Source of the DNA: Nitrososphaera viennensis EN76
GTDB taxonomy: Archaea; Thermoproteota; Nitrososphaeria; Nitrososphaerales; Nitrososphaeraceae
Direction of reading: 5' to 3'
Length of the DNA stretch: 32,000 nt
NCBI RefSeq assembly: GCF_000698785.1
Contig: NZ_CP007536.1
Coordinates: forward strand, 330,001-362,000
Position 1 is the stretch's first letter; every line of letters begins with the position of its first letter. The notes under the pieces are model-generated. The model worked only from the letters and a program-made list of their open reading frames with translations. It was not told the DNA's origin and did not search any database. The position numbers were made by a program, and so were the translations under genes. Shown here in pieces: positions 6,910 to 14,129 of the stretch.

Positions 6910-8243
6910 AAGGAAATGCATTGAAGGCCAAAGAACCTGGACTTAAACAGAGCATAAGCCTTTTTCAGGCGATTATGTATGGCACTGGCCTGATCCTGGG
7001 TGCCGGCATATACGTTCTGATAGGTGACGTCGCAGGAATCGCGGGCAACGCAGTGTGGATATCATTTGCTCTGGCCGCAGCGATCGCTACGTTTACCGGC
7101 CTGAGCTATGCCGAGCTGGCTTCAATCTTTCCAAAAAGCGCCGCTGAATACGTGTTTGTCAAGAATACCTTTGGCAACAATTTGTTTGCGTTCATTTCTG
7201 GATGGCTCATCATATTTGTTGCAGTAGTGTCCGCAGCTGCAGTAGCCATTGGCTTTTCCGGCTATCTTGCCGCCTTTTTGCCAGGGCTTGACCAGTCTGT
7301 CTCTGCAATGTTACTTGTTGCAGTGCTTTCTGTTGTGAACTTTATCGGCATTCGTGAGTCGATGTGGACGAATACTGCATTCACGCTCATAGAGATCGCA
7401 GGTCTCGCGATAATCATATGTGCTGGCCTGCTGTTTACCGCCTCTTCCCCTGCTGCGACGAACTACTTTGAGATGCCGTCAGACGTGACCTCCTTTCCAC
7501 TTGCTTTTGGTGCTATAGTTGGCGCGGCCAGTCTTGCGTTCTTTGCTTATTTTGGATTTGAGAATCTGGCAAATATATCTGAGGAAACCAAGAATGCTCG
7601 CAAAGCGATTCCGCTTGCACTTGTTGCATCCATTGCAATTACGACGGGTATTTACATGCTGGTGGCAGTGTCGGCAGTTGCACTTGTCGGATGGGAGGTG
7701 CTTTCGTCGTCGAATGCTCCCCTCACACTTGCGGCCGAAAAGGTGTTTGGCAAGGCTGGCATTGTTATTCTATCATCTATAGCGCTTTTCGCGACTAGCA
7801 ATACTGTGTTGATGATGCTTGTGTCCGGCTCACGTATAATATTTGGAATGTCGACTGACAAGGCACTTCCCTCATTGCTGTCTTCTGTTCATCTAAAGAC
7901 CAAAACCCCGCTCTATGCTGTGCTCGCCATTATGATGCTGGTGATAGGAGTCGTGGCGGCATCTTCAGCAAGGATAGACGCCATGGTTAGGGTTGCCGTC
8001 TTTGGGATTTTCATAGTCTACATGTTTGTCAATCTTTCACTAATATGGCTCAGGTACAAAAAACCAGATATGGAGCGGCCTTTTCGTTCACCCTTGAATA
8101 TAGGGCGGTTTCCTATGTTTGCAGGTCTTGGCCTCGTAACCTCAATTGCAATGCTTACCCAGTTTGACTTGGCTACTGTTGTGGCTGGTATGGCAGCAGC
8201 CGCATCAGGGGTGGTGGCATATGCAATACTGAAAAGAATTTAG
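6906..8243 (+). CDS. Amino acid/polyamine/organocation (APC) superfamily permease
   Basis: 445 aa and about 12 hydrophobic segments. N-terminal pattern LFQAIMYGTGLILGAGIYVLIGDVAG...SYAELASIFPKSAAEYVF is typical of APC transporters. Its ATG overlaps the USP stop (ATGA). Confidence 0.9.
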   Translation: MKGNALKAKEPGLKQSISLFQAIMYGTGLILGAGIYVLIGDVAGIAGNAVWISFALAAAIATFTGLSYAELASIFPKSAAEYVFVKNTFGNNLFAFISGWLIIFVAVVSAAAVAIGFSGYLAAFLPGLDQSVSAMLLVAVLSVVNFIGIRESMWTNTAFTLIEIAGLAIIICAGLLFTASSPAATNYFEMPSDVTSFPLAFGAIVGAASLAFFAYFGFENLANISEETKNARKAIPLALVASIAITTGIYMLVAVSAVALVGWEVLSSSNAPLTLAAEKVFGKAGIVILSSIALFATSNTVLMMLVSGSRIIFGMSTDKALPSLLSSVHLKTKTPLYAVLAIMMLVIGVVAASSARIDAMVRVAVFGIFIVYMFVNLSLIWLRYKKPDMERPFRSPLNIGRFPMFAGLGLVTSIAMLTQFDLATVVAGMAAAASGVVAYAILKRI

Positions 8244-8245
8244 AA

Positions 8246-8250
8246 TTTTT
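8246..8250 (+). terminator. Oligo-T tract directly after the permease stop
   Basis: tagaatttttc: a T5 run 3 nt after TAG 8241-8243. Confidence 0.35.
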
Positions 8251-8389
8251 CTTGGCATATTGGTGGGGACTCAAACATCATGTGTTCTATGCACTACTGC
8301 TGGCTTTTTAGTTTCACAGCAATCGCGTACATTGTGGACCTTGCGGAATAATCTGCCGCTAATGGGGAGTTCATTATTTGTCTCTCGAG

Positions 8390-8403
8390 TGCACTGCCGT
8401 GCA
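8390..8403. promoter_or_regulatory. TGCA-array motif variant upstream of the HTH gene
   Basis: tgcactgccgtgca (TGCA, TGCC, TGCA in 5-bp phase). TATA-like actttattcc is at 8416-8425 and the ATG at 8445. Confidence 0.5.
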
Positions 8404-8444
8404 CTGGAATCTTGTACTTTATTCCATTGACTTCTCCATGTAAC

Positions 8445-8618
8445 ATGATGGCTAGCGAAAATAAAGAAGTCGTCAACGTTGATCCGTGGATACTAAAGCG
8501 GCTCGCAAGGATGTACGAGTCCGGCCTTTCAATAAAAGAGATTTCAGAACAGCTTGACATTGGCGCAAGGTCTGTGAAGAGGATCCTGGGACTACTAGGG
8601 TACGTTGTTGCGGACTAG
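8445..8618 (+). CDS. Small helix-turn-helix DNA-binding protein (57 aa)
   Basis: MMASENKEVVNVDPWILKRLARMYESGLSIKEISEQLDIGARSVKRIL. GLSIKEISEQLDIGARSVKRIL is a classic HTH (resolvase/sigma70-region-4-like). The start is set at ATG 8445 downstream of the TATA-like box. Confidence 0.65.
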   Translation: MMASENKEVVNVDPWILKRLARMYESGLSIKEISEQLDIGARSVKRILGLLGYVVAD

Positions 8619-8624
8619 ATAGAG

Positions 8625-9428
8625 GTGTTCAAGTTGCAAGACATCTCCATAAGGGAAGCGGCGCCTCACATTTTTAGACGGCCGTTACTGTATGTGAGCC
8701 CTTTTGATTCGATGCTTCAGGTGGCCACCTTTATCGCTACAGGGCCTCAGATCTACGTTGATGGTCTAGTTGTGCTGGAAGAAAACAAGCTTGCAGGCAG
8801 AATAGGGGGGTATGCCCTTGCCAACCACATTTTGAAAACTAGGGAAAGGTGGCTTGATGGCAAGGCTTTACAAATTATGGAAGCTCTTGAGCATGCGTTG
8901 CGGGAAGACGACTCCATTACAAAGGCGCTACGGGTCTTCATGGAGACTAGATTTGCATTCATGCCTGTGTCATCTAATGGCAAAATAGTAGCTTCTCTAT
9001 CTCTCAGGGACCTGATAAATTATGCCATGGGGTTGAAAGTTGAGGTACAAGGGTTGACATCTCCATTGCTAACTATCGATAATGACACAAGCGTATTGGA
9101 CGCACTTGAGTTCATGGTTGAAAAGGGTGTCCGAAATATTGTCTTTTTGAAGCAAGATGGCCCCTATGTCATCAACGACAGAAAGATCCTTGCATATCTG
9201 CTCCATTCTCAAACGCGAGATCTTATATCGCGCAGGGGCTTTGAAGTACTTGCAACTATAAAGGTGATAGGCATTGGCGCGCTCAAGGGAACATCTGTAG
9301 ACCTGAGGAGCGAGGCAGGTTCTGTGGCACATCTCTTTTCTAACATCGAAACATCGTGCCTGTTTGTGGGTAACAGGATACTAACGCCTTGGGATCTGGT
9401 GATGAAAGGTTCTGGTTTCATTAGTTAG
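8625..9428 (+). CDS. Divergent CBS-domain protein (about four degenerate CBS repeats)
   Basis: GTG start 6 nt after the HTH gene. Repeats include LRVFMETRFAFMPVSSNGKIVASLSLRDLINY and LDALEFMVEKGVRNIVFLKQDGPYVINDRKIL. Confidence 0.6.
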   Translation: MFKLQDISIREAAPHIFRRPLLYVSPFDSMLQVATFIATGPQIYVDGLVVLEENKLAGRIGGYALANHILKTRERWLDGKALQIMEALEHALREDDSITKALRVFMETRFAFMPVSSNGKIVASLSLRDLINYAMGLKVEVQGLTSPLLTIDNDTSVLDALEFMVEKGVRNIVFLKQDGPYVINDRKILAYLLHSQTRDLISRRGFEVLATIKVIGIGALKGTSVDLRSEAGSVAHLFSNIETSCLFVGNRILTPWDLVMKGSGFIS

Positions 9429-10482
9429 GCGTGATCACTGCTCTTCCTGTTATCTGGCCGCTCTTCAGTAGGTTGATTGCATCGTTGATGTCTTCGAGAC
9501 TGAATGTCTGAATCGTATGCTTTACTTTGCCTTGCCTTGCCAGCTCTATGACCTCACAAAGTTCGTTGTAGTTGCCCCATAGCGAGCCGGTTATCTGATA
9601 CTCGTTTATTACGGTAGGCATCAATGGCACACACACTTGGGCGCCAAAAAGGCCGACTACTGCAAGCACGCCTCCCTTTGAAAGCAGGCCTACTGATACG
9701 GAAATAGTATTTTCTGCGCCGACACAATCGACAATGACGTCGACGCCGCGGCCTTGCGTTATTTCCTTCACCTCTTTTCTTGTGCTCCCGGATAGTCTGA
9801 TTGCATGGTCGGCGCCGAGCTTCCTCGCAAACTCTAGCTTTTTGTCATTTCTGTCGATGGCTATTGTTGTTGAATTTGGCGCAAGCATCCGCGCATACTG
9901 AATTCCATACGATCCTAGCCCTCCAATACCCACTACTGCAATTGTAGTCCCAGGCACAAGCATGTGACGAAATCTCCTGATGGCGCGGTATGGAGTCAGA
10001 CCTGCGTCTGTCAGCGGCGCAAGCTCTTCCGGCTTCAGCCTTGTACCTGCTGCCACTTTTATCAAGAACCTGTAGGAAGGAACTGCAATGTATTGCGAGT
10101 ACCCGCCGTCGTATTGTGACAGCCCCGGCCATTTGGCAATAGGGCACATTTGCTCGTCGCCTCTTTTGCATATCTGACAGGAACCACAACCCCATCCGCC
10201 AAACACCGCCACTAGATCGCCTCTTTCAAACATCCCCTTTGGGACCGAGTCTCCTATCTCCTCTACCCAGCCTGCAACTTCGTGCCCCGGTATCTTTGGC
10301 AGCGCAAGCGGTATGGCTTCTTTCCATTCGCCGTTCATCAAGTGGAGGTCGCTATGGCACAGTCCGGCGCCGCCTACTTTTACTATTATTCCTTCACCTC
10401 TTGGGCTTGGCATCTTGACGGGTTCAACCACCAAGGGTCTTTGATACTCGTGGATTCTTGCTGAGAGCATGGTTTGAGCCAT
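9421..10482 (-). CDS. Zinc-dependent alcohol dehydrogenase (medium-chain dehydrogenase/reductase family)
   Basis: GAGLCHSDLHL (catalytic Zn Cys/His), PGHEVAG, the structural Zn cluster CGSCQICKRGDEQMC, and the Rossmann motif VVGIGGLG. Confidence 0.9.
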   Translation of the reverse strand: MAQTMLSARIHEYQRPLVVEPVKMPSPRGEGIIVKVGGAGLCHSDLHLMNGEWKEAIPLALPKIPGHEVAGWVEEIGDSVPKGMFERGDLVAVFGGWGCGSCQICKRGDEQMCPIAKWPGLSQYDGGYSQYIAVPSYRFLIKVAAGTRLKPEELAPLTDAGLTPYRAIRRFRHMLVPGTTIAVVGIGGLGSYGIQYARMLAPNSTTIAIDRNDKKLEFARKLGADHAIRLSGSTRKEVKEITQGRGVDVIVDCVGAENTISVSVGLLSKGGVLAVVGLFGAQVCVPLMPTVINEYQITGSLWGNYNELCEVIELARQGKVKHTIQTFSLEDINDAINLLKSGQITGRAVITPN

Positions 10483-10523
10483 ATATGATCCTGCGAGGCC
10501 ACATCATATTTCAAGAAATGGAT

Positions 10524-10542
10524 TGCAGTGCAACGCAATGTA
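10524..10542. promoter_or_regulatory. TGCA-array motif between the ADH gene (start 10482, minus) and small ORF 10588(+)
   Basis: tgcagtgcaacgcaatgta. It is flanked by TATA-like ttgaaatatgatg (minus strand, 10504-10516) and gaaataaaatt (10554-10564). Confidence 0.6.
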
Positions 10543-10587
10543 CTCTCTAGCTTGAAATAAAATTGCCAAGAACAGCTTGTGAGATCA

Positions 10588-10752
10588 ATGTCTGAAAATG
10601 TAGACGCGGCATCGGATTGGCTGGCAAGGATGGGTGTTAACGTAGAAAAGTTGAGAGTGATGGGGGGACTTACAGATTCTGACGTAATTTCACTTTACCA
10701 TTTCTTGCGAAAATTACTAGAGGTTCGCAGCGGGCATTCCACATCGTCGTAG
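10588..10752 (+). CDS. Small hypothetical ORF (54 aa), below the track cut-off
   Basis: MSENVDAASDWLARMGVNVEKLRVMGGLTDSDVISLYHFLRKLLEVRSGHSTSS*. Promoter geometry is good (motif, TATA-like box, ATG). However, it lies next to a decayed ADH fragment and may not be real. Confidence 0.3.
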   Translation: MSENVDAASDWLARMGVNVEKLRVMGGLTDSDVISLYHFLRKLLEVRSGHSTSS

Positions 10753-10764
10753 TTTGCATTTTGA

Positions 10765-10811
10765 AAGTGGAGGTCGCTGTGGCACAGCCCGGCCCCACTT
10801 TTATTATTACC
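10765..10811 (-). repeat. Relic of a second alcohol dehydrogenase gene (degenerate copy of ADH codons around the catalytic-zinc motif)
   Basis: aagtggaggtcgctgtggcacagcccggccccacttttattattacc matches 10340-10392 of the intact ADH (aagtggaggtcgctatggcacagtccggcgccgcctacttttactattattcc) with a few substitutions and a 6-nt gap. The minus-strand reading still gives GAGLCHSDLH. Confidence 0.6.
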
Positions 10812-10856
10812 ATTTCCAAGACATCCTGCATTAGATATTGTGTCTAAATTTCTGCA

Positions 10857-11314
10857 CTATCTGGTCACCAAGACAAGACAATGGGCGTGCGTGACTACTC
10901 CGCTAGCTACGTTTCCAAGCAAGGACTTCTTTATCCCTGTCTTCCCTTTTGTTCCGATTACGATCAAATCCGCTCTTTCTTTTGATGCATAATTTGCTAT
11001 GGTATCCGCCACGGATGCTACATCAAGAATAGTCTCTGCAGAGGCGATTTTGACGCCATCCTCCGCCGCCATGTCTCTTATCTTGTCATGCCATGCTTCT
11101 GCATATTTTTTGCCCGTTCTGTATAGCGAACAATCACAAGTCCTGCTGCTTTGTAATCGACGTATGGTGGGTTAACTACTGCATGCATGCAAATAATTTC
11201 TGCCATGGACATTTTGGCGATTTTGATGGCATACTTCGCAGCCTTGAAAGAAGAATCTGACCCATCTATTGGCATAAGTATCTTTTTCAACGGAATTTCT
11301 TCAGACAAATTCAC
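10857..11314 (-). pseudogene. Universal stress protein gene disrupted by a -1 frameshift in a homopolymer
   Basis: Two track ORFs together make one USP. ORF 11078..11314 gives ILMPIDGSDSSFKAAKYAIKIAK...; ORF 10857..11072 gives ...DLIVIGTKGKTGIKKSLLGNVASGVVTHAHCLVLV. The downstream frame already reads GKKYAEAWHDKIRDMAAEDG upstream of its first Met. The frames switch at the T6 run 11106-11111 (A6 on the coding strand). Confidence 0.75.
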
Positions 11315-12108
11315 TTCTCCTTTACGTACGCCTCAACCAAATCTCTGGCAGTGACCATTGCTACTATCTTTCCATACCTGGTGAGAGGTAGCCTCTTTAT
11401 CCTGTGTCTTAGCATGAGTTTGCCTGCTTCCTTGGCGCCTATTCCAAGTTTGGCGGTTATGACAGGAGTTGTGCAATAGCCTCCTACTTTCTCCAATCTG
11501 TCCACATTTTCTCCAAGAATCCTATTGAGCAAGTCACGCTCTGTAAACATCGCGTAAGGTGGTCCATTCACGCTTATGACTACGCTACCTATGCCTTTCT
11601 TCAGCATTGTTTTGACAGCACTCAATATTGTACTGTCGGGCTGCAGCGTGACTATCTTGTTTGCCATTGCACCCTCTATTGAGGGGTTAGACTTGCTCTT
11701 TAAAAGCGCCCTGACGATATCGGAGGCAGTTATTATACCGATCAGCCGGTCTGATACGCCGGTTCGCCTGTCCTTCTGAAAAACAAGCAACCTGGCTTTC
11801 TTTGATATCATGGTTCTCGCCGCTTCAAGCACTTCGGTACTGGGTGTCACTCTGGCAACCTTTTGAGTCAACACATACTTGATCTGCTTGTCCGGTATCG
11901 CCTTGTTCAGGGCCAGATGCAACAGCATTTCTCTTTCCGTTAAAATTCCTTCCACCTTTTCACCTTCCGTCACTACTATGTTGCCTATTCCCTTTAGCAA
12001 CATTGTCTGTACAGCATCCGAGAACCGAGTGTCAGGATGGGCTGTTATGACAGGAGAACTCATAAAATCGCCTACCTTTAACAGAGGGTAATCCGTTTGC
12101 AGCTTCAT
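11311..12108 (-). CDS. Tandem Bateman-module protein (four CBS domains)
   Basis: 265 aa with four repeats of the type GIGNIVVTEGEKVEGILTEREML, ARLLVFQKD...LIGIITASDIV, GIGSVVISVNGPPYAMFTERDLL and IKRLPLTRYGKIVAMVTARDLV. Its TGA overlaps the GTG start of the USP pseudogene. Confidence 0.9.
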   Translation of the reverse strand: MKLQTDYPLLKVGDFMSSPVITAHPDTRFSDAVQTMLLKGIGNIVVTEGEKVEGILTEREMLLHLALNKAIPDKQIKYVLTQKVARVTPSTEVLEAARTMISKKARLLVFQKDRRTGVSDRLIGIITASDIVRALLKSKSNPSIEGAMANKIVTLQPDSTILSAVKTMLKKGIGSVVISVNGPPYAMFTERDLLNRILGENVDRLEKVGGYCTTPVITAKLGIGAKEAGKLMLRHRIKRLPLTRYGKIVAMVTARDLVEAYVKEK

Positions 12109-12147
12109 GAACGAGTTTGCTTGTGCATCTTATTTAAGGACAGAGAG

Positions 12148-12161
12148 TGCAGTGCATGACA
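12148..12161. promoter_or_regulatory. TGCA-array motif upstream of the four-CBS gene
   Basis: tgcagtgcatgaca. TATA-like ttatttaa at 12130-12137 lies between the motif and the start at 12108. Confidence 0.55.
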
Positions 12162-12290
12162 TAGAATGCTACATCCAGACATCGCATTCAGTTTTCTTTG
12201 CTACCGAAGATTGATTGGTCGAGGGAGAGGGTAGTCCTTGATACGCTTTTTGCGTAGACTCTGAATGACAGAGGCAATCCGTAGATAAAG

Positions 12291-12313
12291 ATGCAATCTT
12301 TTTAAAGTTGCAT
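12291..12313. promoter_or_regulatory. Inverted repeat bracketing the TATA-like box of USP gene 12333
   Basis: atgcaa-tctttttaaag-ttgcat. The arms contain TGCA and the centre is the TATA-like ctttttaaag, 26-35 nt upstream of ATG 12333. Confidence 0.35.
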
Positions 12314-12332
12314 ATACAATCCTGCCAAGAAT

Positions 12333-12833
12333 ATGTTCAAGAAAATTCTGGTACCGTATGACAGCTCAAAGCCATCTGACAAGGCTGCTAAATATGCGGT
12401 AGATCTTGCCAAGCACATTCTACCTGATTCTGGCGGTGGCTGCGAGATCATTCTTCTTCATGTTGTACCTGAAATTCCAGCATCACCTGTTTTCCTTGAG
12501 CGTCCCGTCCGCACAAAGACTGGCGAAGTAATCCCATTGTCAGAGTATATCAAGCGTCTTTACGTCGAGATGAAAGCTCATGCAGCAGAGATGCTTGAGA
12601 AGAAAAAGAAAGATCTTGAACCCATTCTAAATGCCAAGGCAACAATTAGAACAATCGTATTAATTGGAGATCCTGTTTCAGACAAAATAGTAGAGCTAGC
12701 CGGGAACGAAAAAGTGGACATTGTTGTCATTGGAAATGTAGGCTTGAGTGGCATATCAAAGCTAAAGACCCTTGGCAGCGTGTCAAGAGGCGTTAGCGAA
12801 AGGGCGTCATGTCCAGTCTTGATAGTACACTAG
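12333..12833 (+). CDS. Universal stress protein (UspA family)
   Basis: KKILVPYDSSKPSDKAAKYAVDLAK...ILLHVV...DIVVIGNVGLSGISKLKTLGSVSRGVSERASCPVLIV. Confidence 0.9.
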   Translation: MFKKILVPYDSSKPSDKAAKYAVDLAKHILPDSGGGCEIILLHVVPEIPASPVFLERPVRTKTGEVIPLSEYIKRLYVEMKAHAAEMLEKKKKDLEPILNAKATIRTIVLIGDPVSDKIVELAGNEKVDIVVIGNVGLSGISKLKTLGSVSRGVSERASCPVLIVH

Positions 12834-12966
12834 AGACTGGTTTGCAGTAAAATCCCGCATGGAATGAAATTTCATTTCTAGTTGGAAGCGCTTGACTGTT
12901 AGAATCCATTGCGACAGATGCATCTGGATTTGGTGTATGTGACTGAGGCTAAAAGTACCGCTGCTT

Positions 12967-12981
12967 TGCAGTATAGTGCAG
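12967..12981. promoter_or_regulatory. TGCA-array motif variant upstream of USP gene 13035
   Basis: tgcagtatagtgcag (TGCA, TATA, TGCA in 5-bp phase). TATA-like ttttaactta is at 13001-13010. Confidence 0.5.
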
Positions 12982-13034
12982 AGTATCCATTCCATACTGC
13001 TTTTAACTTACTAACAAACTCTAAGTGTTACGAC

Positions 13035-13484
13035 ATGGTGGAGATAAGCAGATTCAAAAAGGTGCTTGCAGCCGTCGATGGTTCTTTGGAATCTATGAAA
13101 GCCGTAGATACTGCAATTTCGATATCAAAAAAATACGATTCCTGGTTAACGGCCCTTTACGTTTTACATACGCCTTTTGGTGGAGATCTCTATCCGCAGC
13201 GTGTATCGTACAAAGAATTCCTTGATGATGTCAACAAAGAAACACGCGTTTGGTTAGAGGAGATTCAGAAGAAGGGTAAAGAGAACAACCTAGAGATAGA
13301 GACAAAAATGATAGAGACTTCAAAATCGACGCCGTCTGAAATCGTACGATACACCCAAGTAGACAAGACTGACTTGATTGTAATTGGTTCAAGAGGGAGA
13401 TCTGGACTTAAGAAAATATTGCTTGGTAGCGTTGCATCGAGTGTCCTGACGTATGCGCCATGCCCTGTAATGGTTGTAAGATGA
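13035..13484 (+). CDS. Universal stress protein (UspA family)
   Basis: The start is set at ATG 13035 (MVEISRFKKVLAAVDGSLESMKAVDTAI...). C-terminal DLIVIGSRGRSGLKKILLGSVASSVLTYAPCPVMVV. The longer track ORF from 12909 would include the promoter motif. Confidence 0.85.
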   Translation: MVEISRFKKVLAAVDGSLESMKAVDTAISISKKYDSWLTALYVLHTPFGGDLYPQRVSYKEFLDDVNKETRVWLEEIQKKGKENNLEIETKMIETSKSTPSEIVRYTQVDKTDLIVIGSRGRSGLKKILLGSVASSVLTYAPCPVMVVR

Positions 13485-13647
13485 TGCGCATATTCTATAC
13501 CATTGTCGCTACTGTGATTTTGCAGCTACCTTATGCAAGGTATATTTGTCTTCATTGTGAGTACTCCACCTTGAAACTACAAATGAATTGACGATTTGAC
13601 ATTCAGATGTTTAATTATTGTCTTATCATCACGGGTGGTTTGATTTC

Positions 13648-13669
13648 TGCAATGCAGTGTACACATGCA
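13648..13669. promoter_or_regulatory. TGCA-array motif upstream of the small membrane protein gene
   Basis: tgcaatgcagtgtacacatgca, followed by TATA-like aataaataat (13671-13680) and ATG 13706. Confidence 0.55.
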
Positions 13670-13705
13670 CAATAAATAATCACGCTGGATTCCCTTTCTT
13701 TGGTA

Positions 13706-13906
13706 ATGAGCAAAATCAATGGAGAAAATGTTGCAGGCGCTGCGTTCCTATTCCTGGCTAGCCTTTTCTTGGCTGCTGGAACCATAAATCCTGTAATTGC
13801 TTCAGTCGCAGTGGTCTTTTACATCCTTGCCGCAGCTGGCGCCGCATTGGTGCTTTTAGGATATAGGACCTACCGAAATGAAGTCCGGCCTACAACTGTA
13901 ATCTGA
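13706..13906 (+). CDS. Small membrane protein (two predicted TM helices)
   Basis: MSKINGENVAGAAFLFLASLFLAAGTINPVIASVAVVFYILAAAGAALVLLGY... ATG 13706 is preferred over the TTG at 13700. Confidence 0.5.
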   Translation: MSKINGENVAGAAFLFLASLFLAAGTINPVIASVAVVFYILAAAGAALVLLGYRTYRNEVRPTTVI

Positions 13907-13934
13907 TGCAGCTGCGCACCTGTTCATTCATTTT

Positions 13935-13948
13935 TGCAATGCACTGTA
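13935..13948. promoter_or_regulatory. TGCA-array motif (distal copy) upstream of the wHTH gene
   Basis: tgcaatgcactgta, near-identical to 13648-13661 (tgcaatgcagtgta), followed by TATA-like ggaaatatagc (13956-13965). Confidence 0.5.
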
Positions 13949-13970
13949 CACCTAGGAAATATAGCAAAGA

Positions 13971-14034
13971 ATGCTGATAGTGTTGTAGCTCGAAAAGCGA
14001 GCTGTGTGCCCATCCCTGCCGCGATTATCAGCAT
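13971..14034. other. Nested inverted repeats between the two motif/TATA units
   Basis: The outer arms are atgctgata (13971-13979) and tatcagcat (14026-34). The inner hairpin is agctcg-aaaag-cgagct (13987-14003). Confidence 0.4.
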
Positions 14035-14070
14035 ATCAACTCCATCGATCGGTGGGGATGGGCCTGATTC

Positions 14071-14089
14071 CGCAATGCTGTGTAATGCA
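14071..14089. promoter_or_regulatory. Degenerate TGCA-array motif (proximal copy) upstream of the wHTH gene
   Basis: cgcaatgctgtgtaatgca (four units in 5-bp phase), followed by TATA-like tttataatttt (14095-14105). Confidence 0.45.
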
Positions 14090-14129
14090 CACTCTTTATA
14101 ATTTTCGATCACGATCTAATCGTACATTT

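Noticed and set aside
8294-8560. 88-aa minus-strand ORF overlapping the HTH gene and its promoter.
   Set aside because: It has no recognisable features and runs across the motif/TATA region. It is antisense to a convincing HTH ORF with proper promoter geometry.
12863-12876. Perfect 14-nt palindrome aatgaaatttcatt about 30 nt downstream of USP gene 12333..12833.
   Set aside because: It is probably just a small terminator-like hairpin in AT-rich DNA. It is too short and too AT-rich to distinguish from chance without statistics.
13924-14034. Possible 36-codon minus-strand ORF (MLIIAAGMGTQLAFRATTLSAFFAIFPRCTVHCKNE), starting at 14034 and running down to 13924, between the two motif units upstream of the wHTH gene.
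   Set aside because: I could not find a TATA-like element upstream of it on the minus strand. Its start codon is simply the right arm of the inverted repeat, and it runs across the distal motif.
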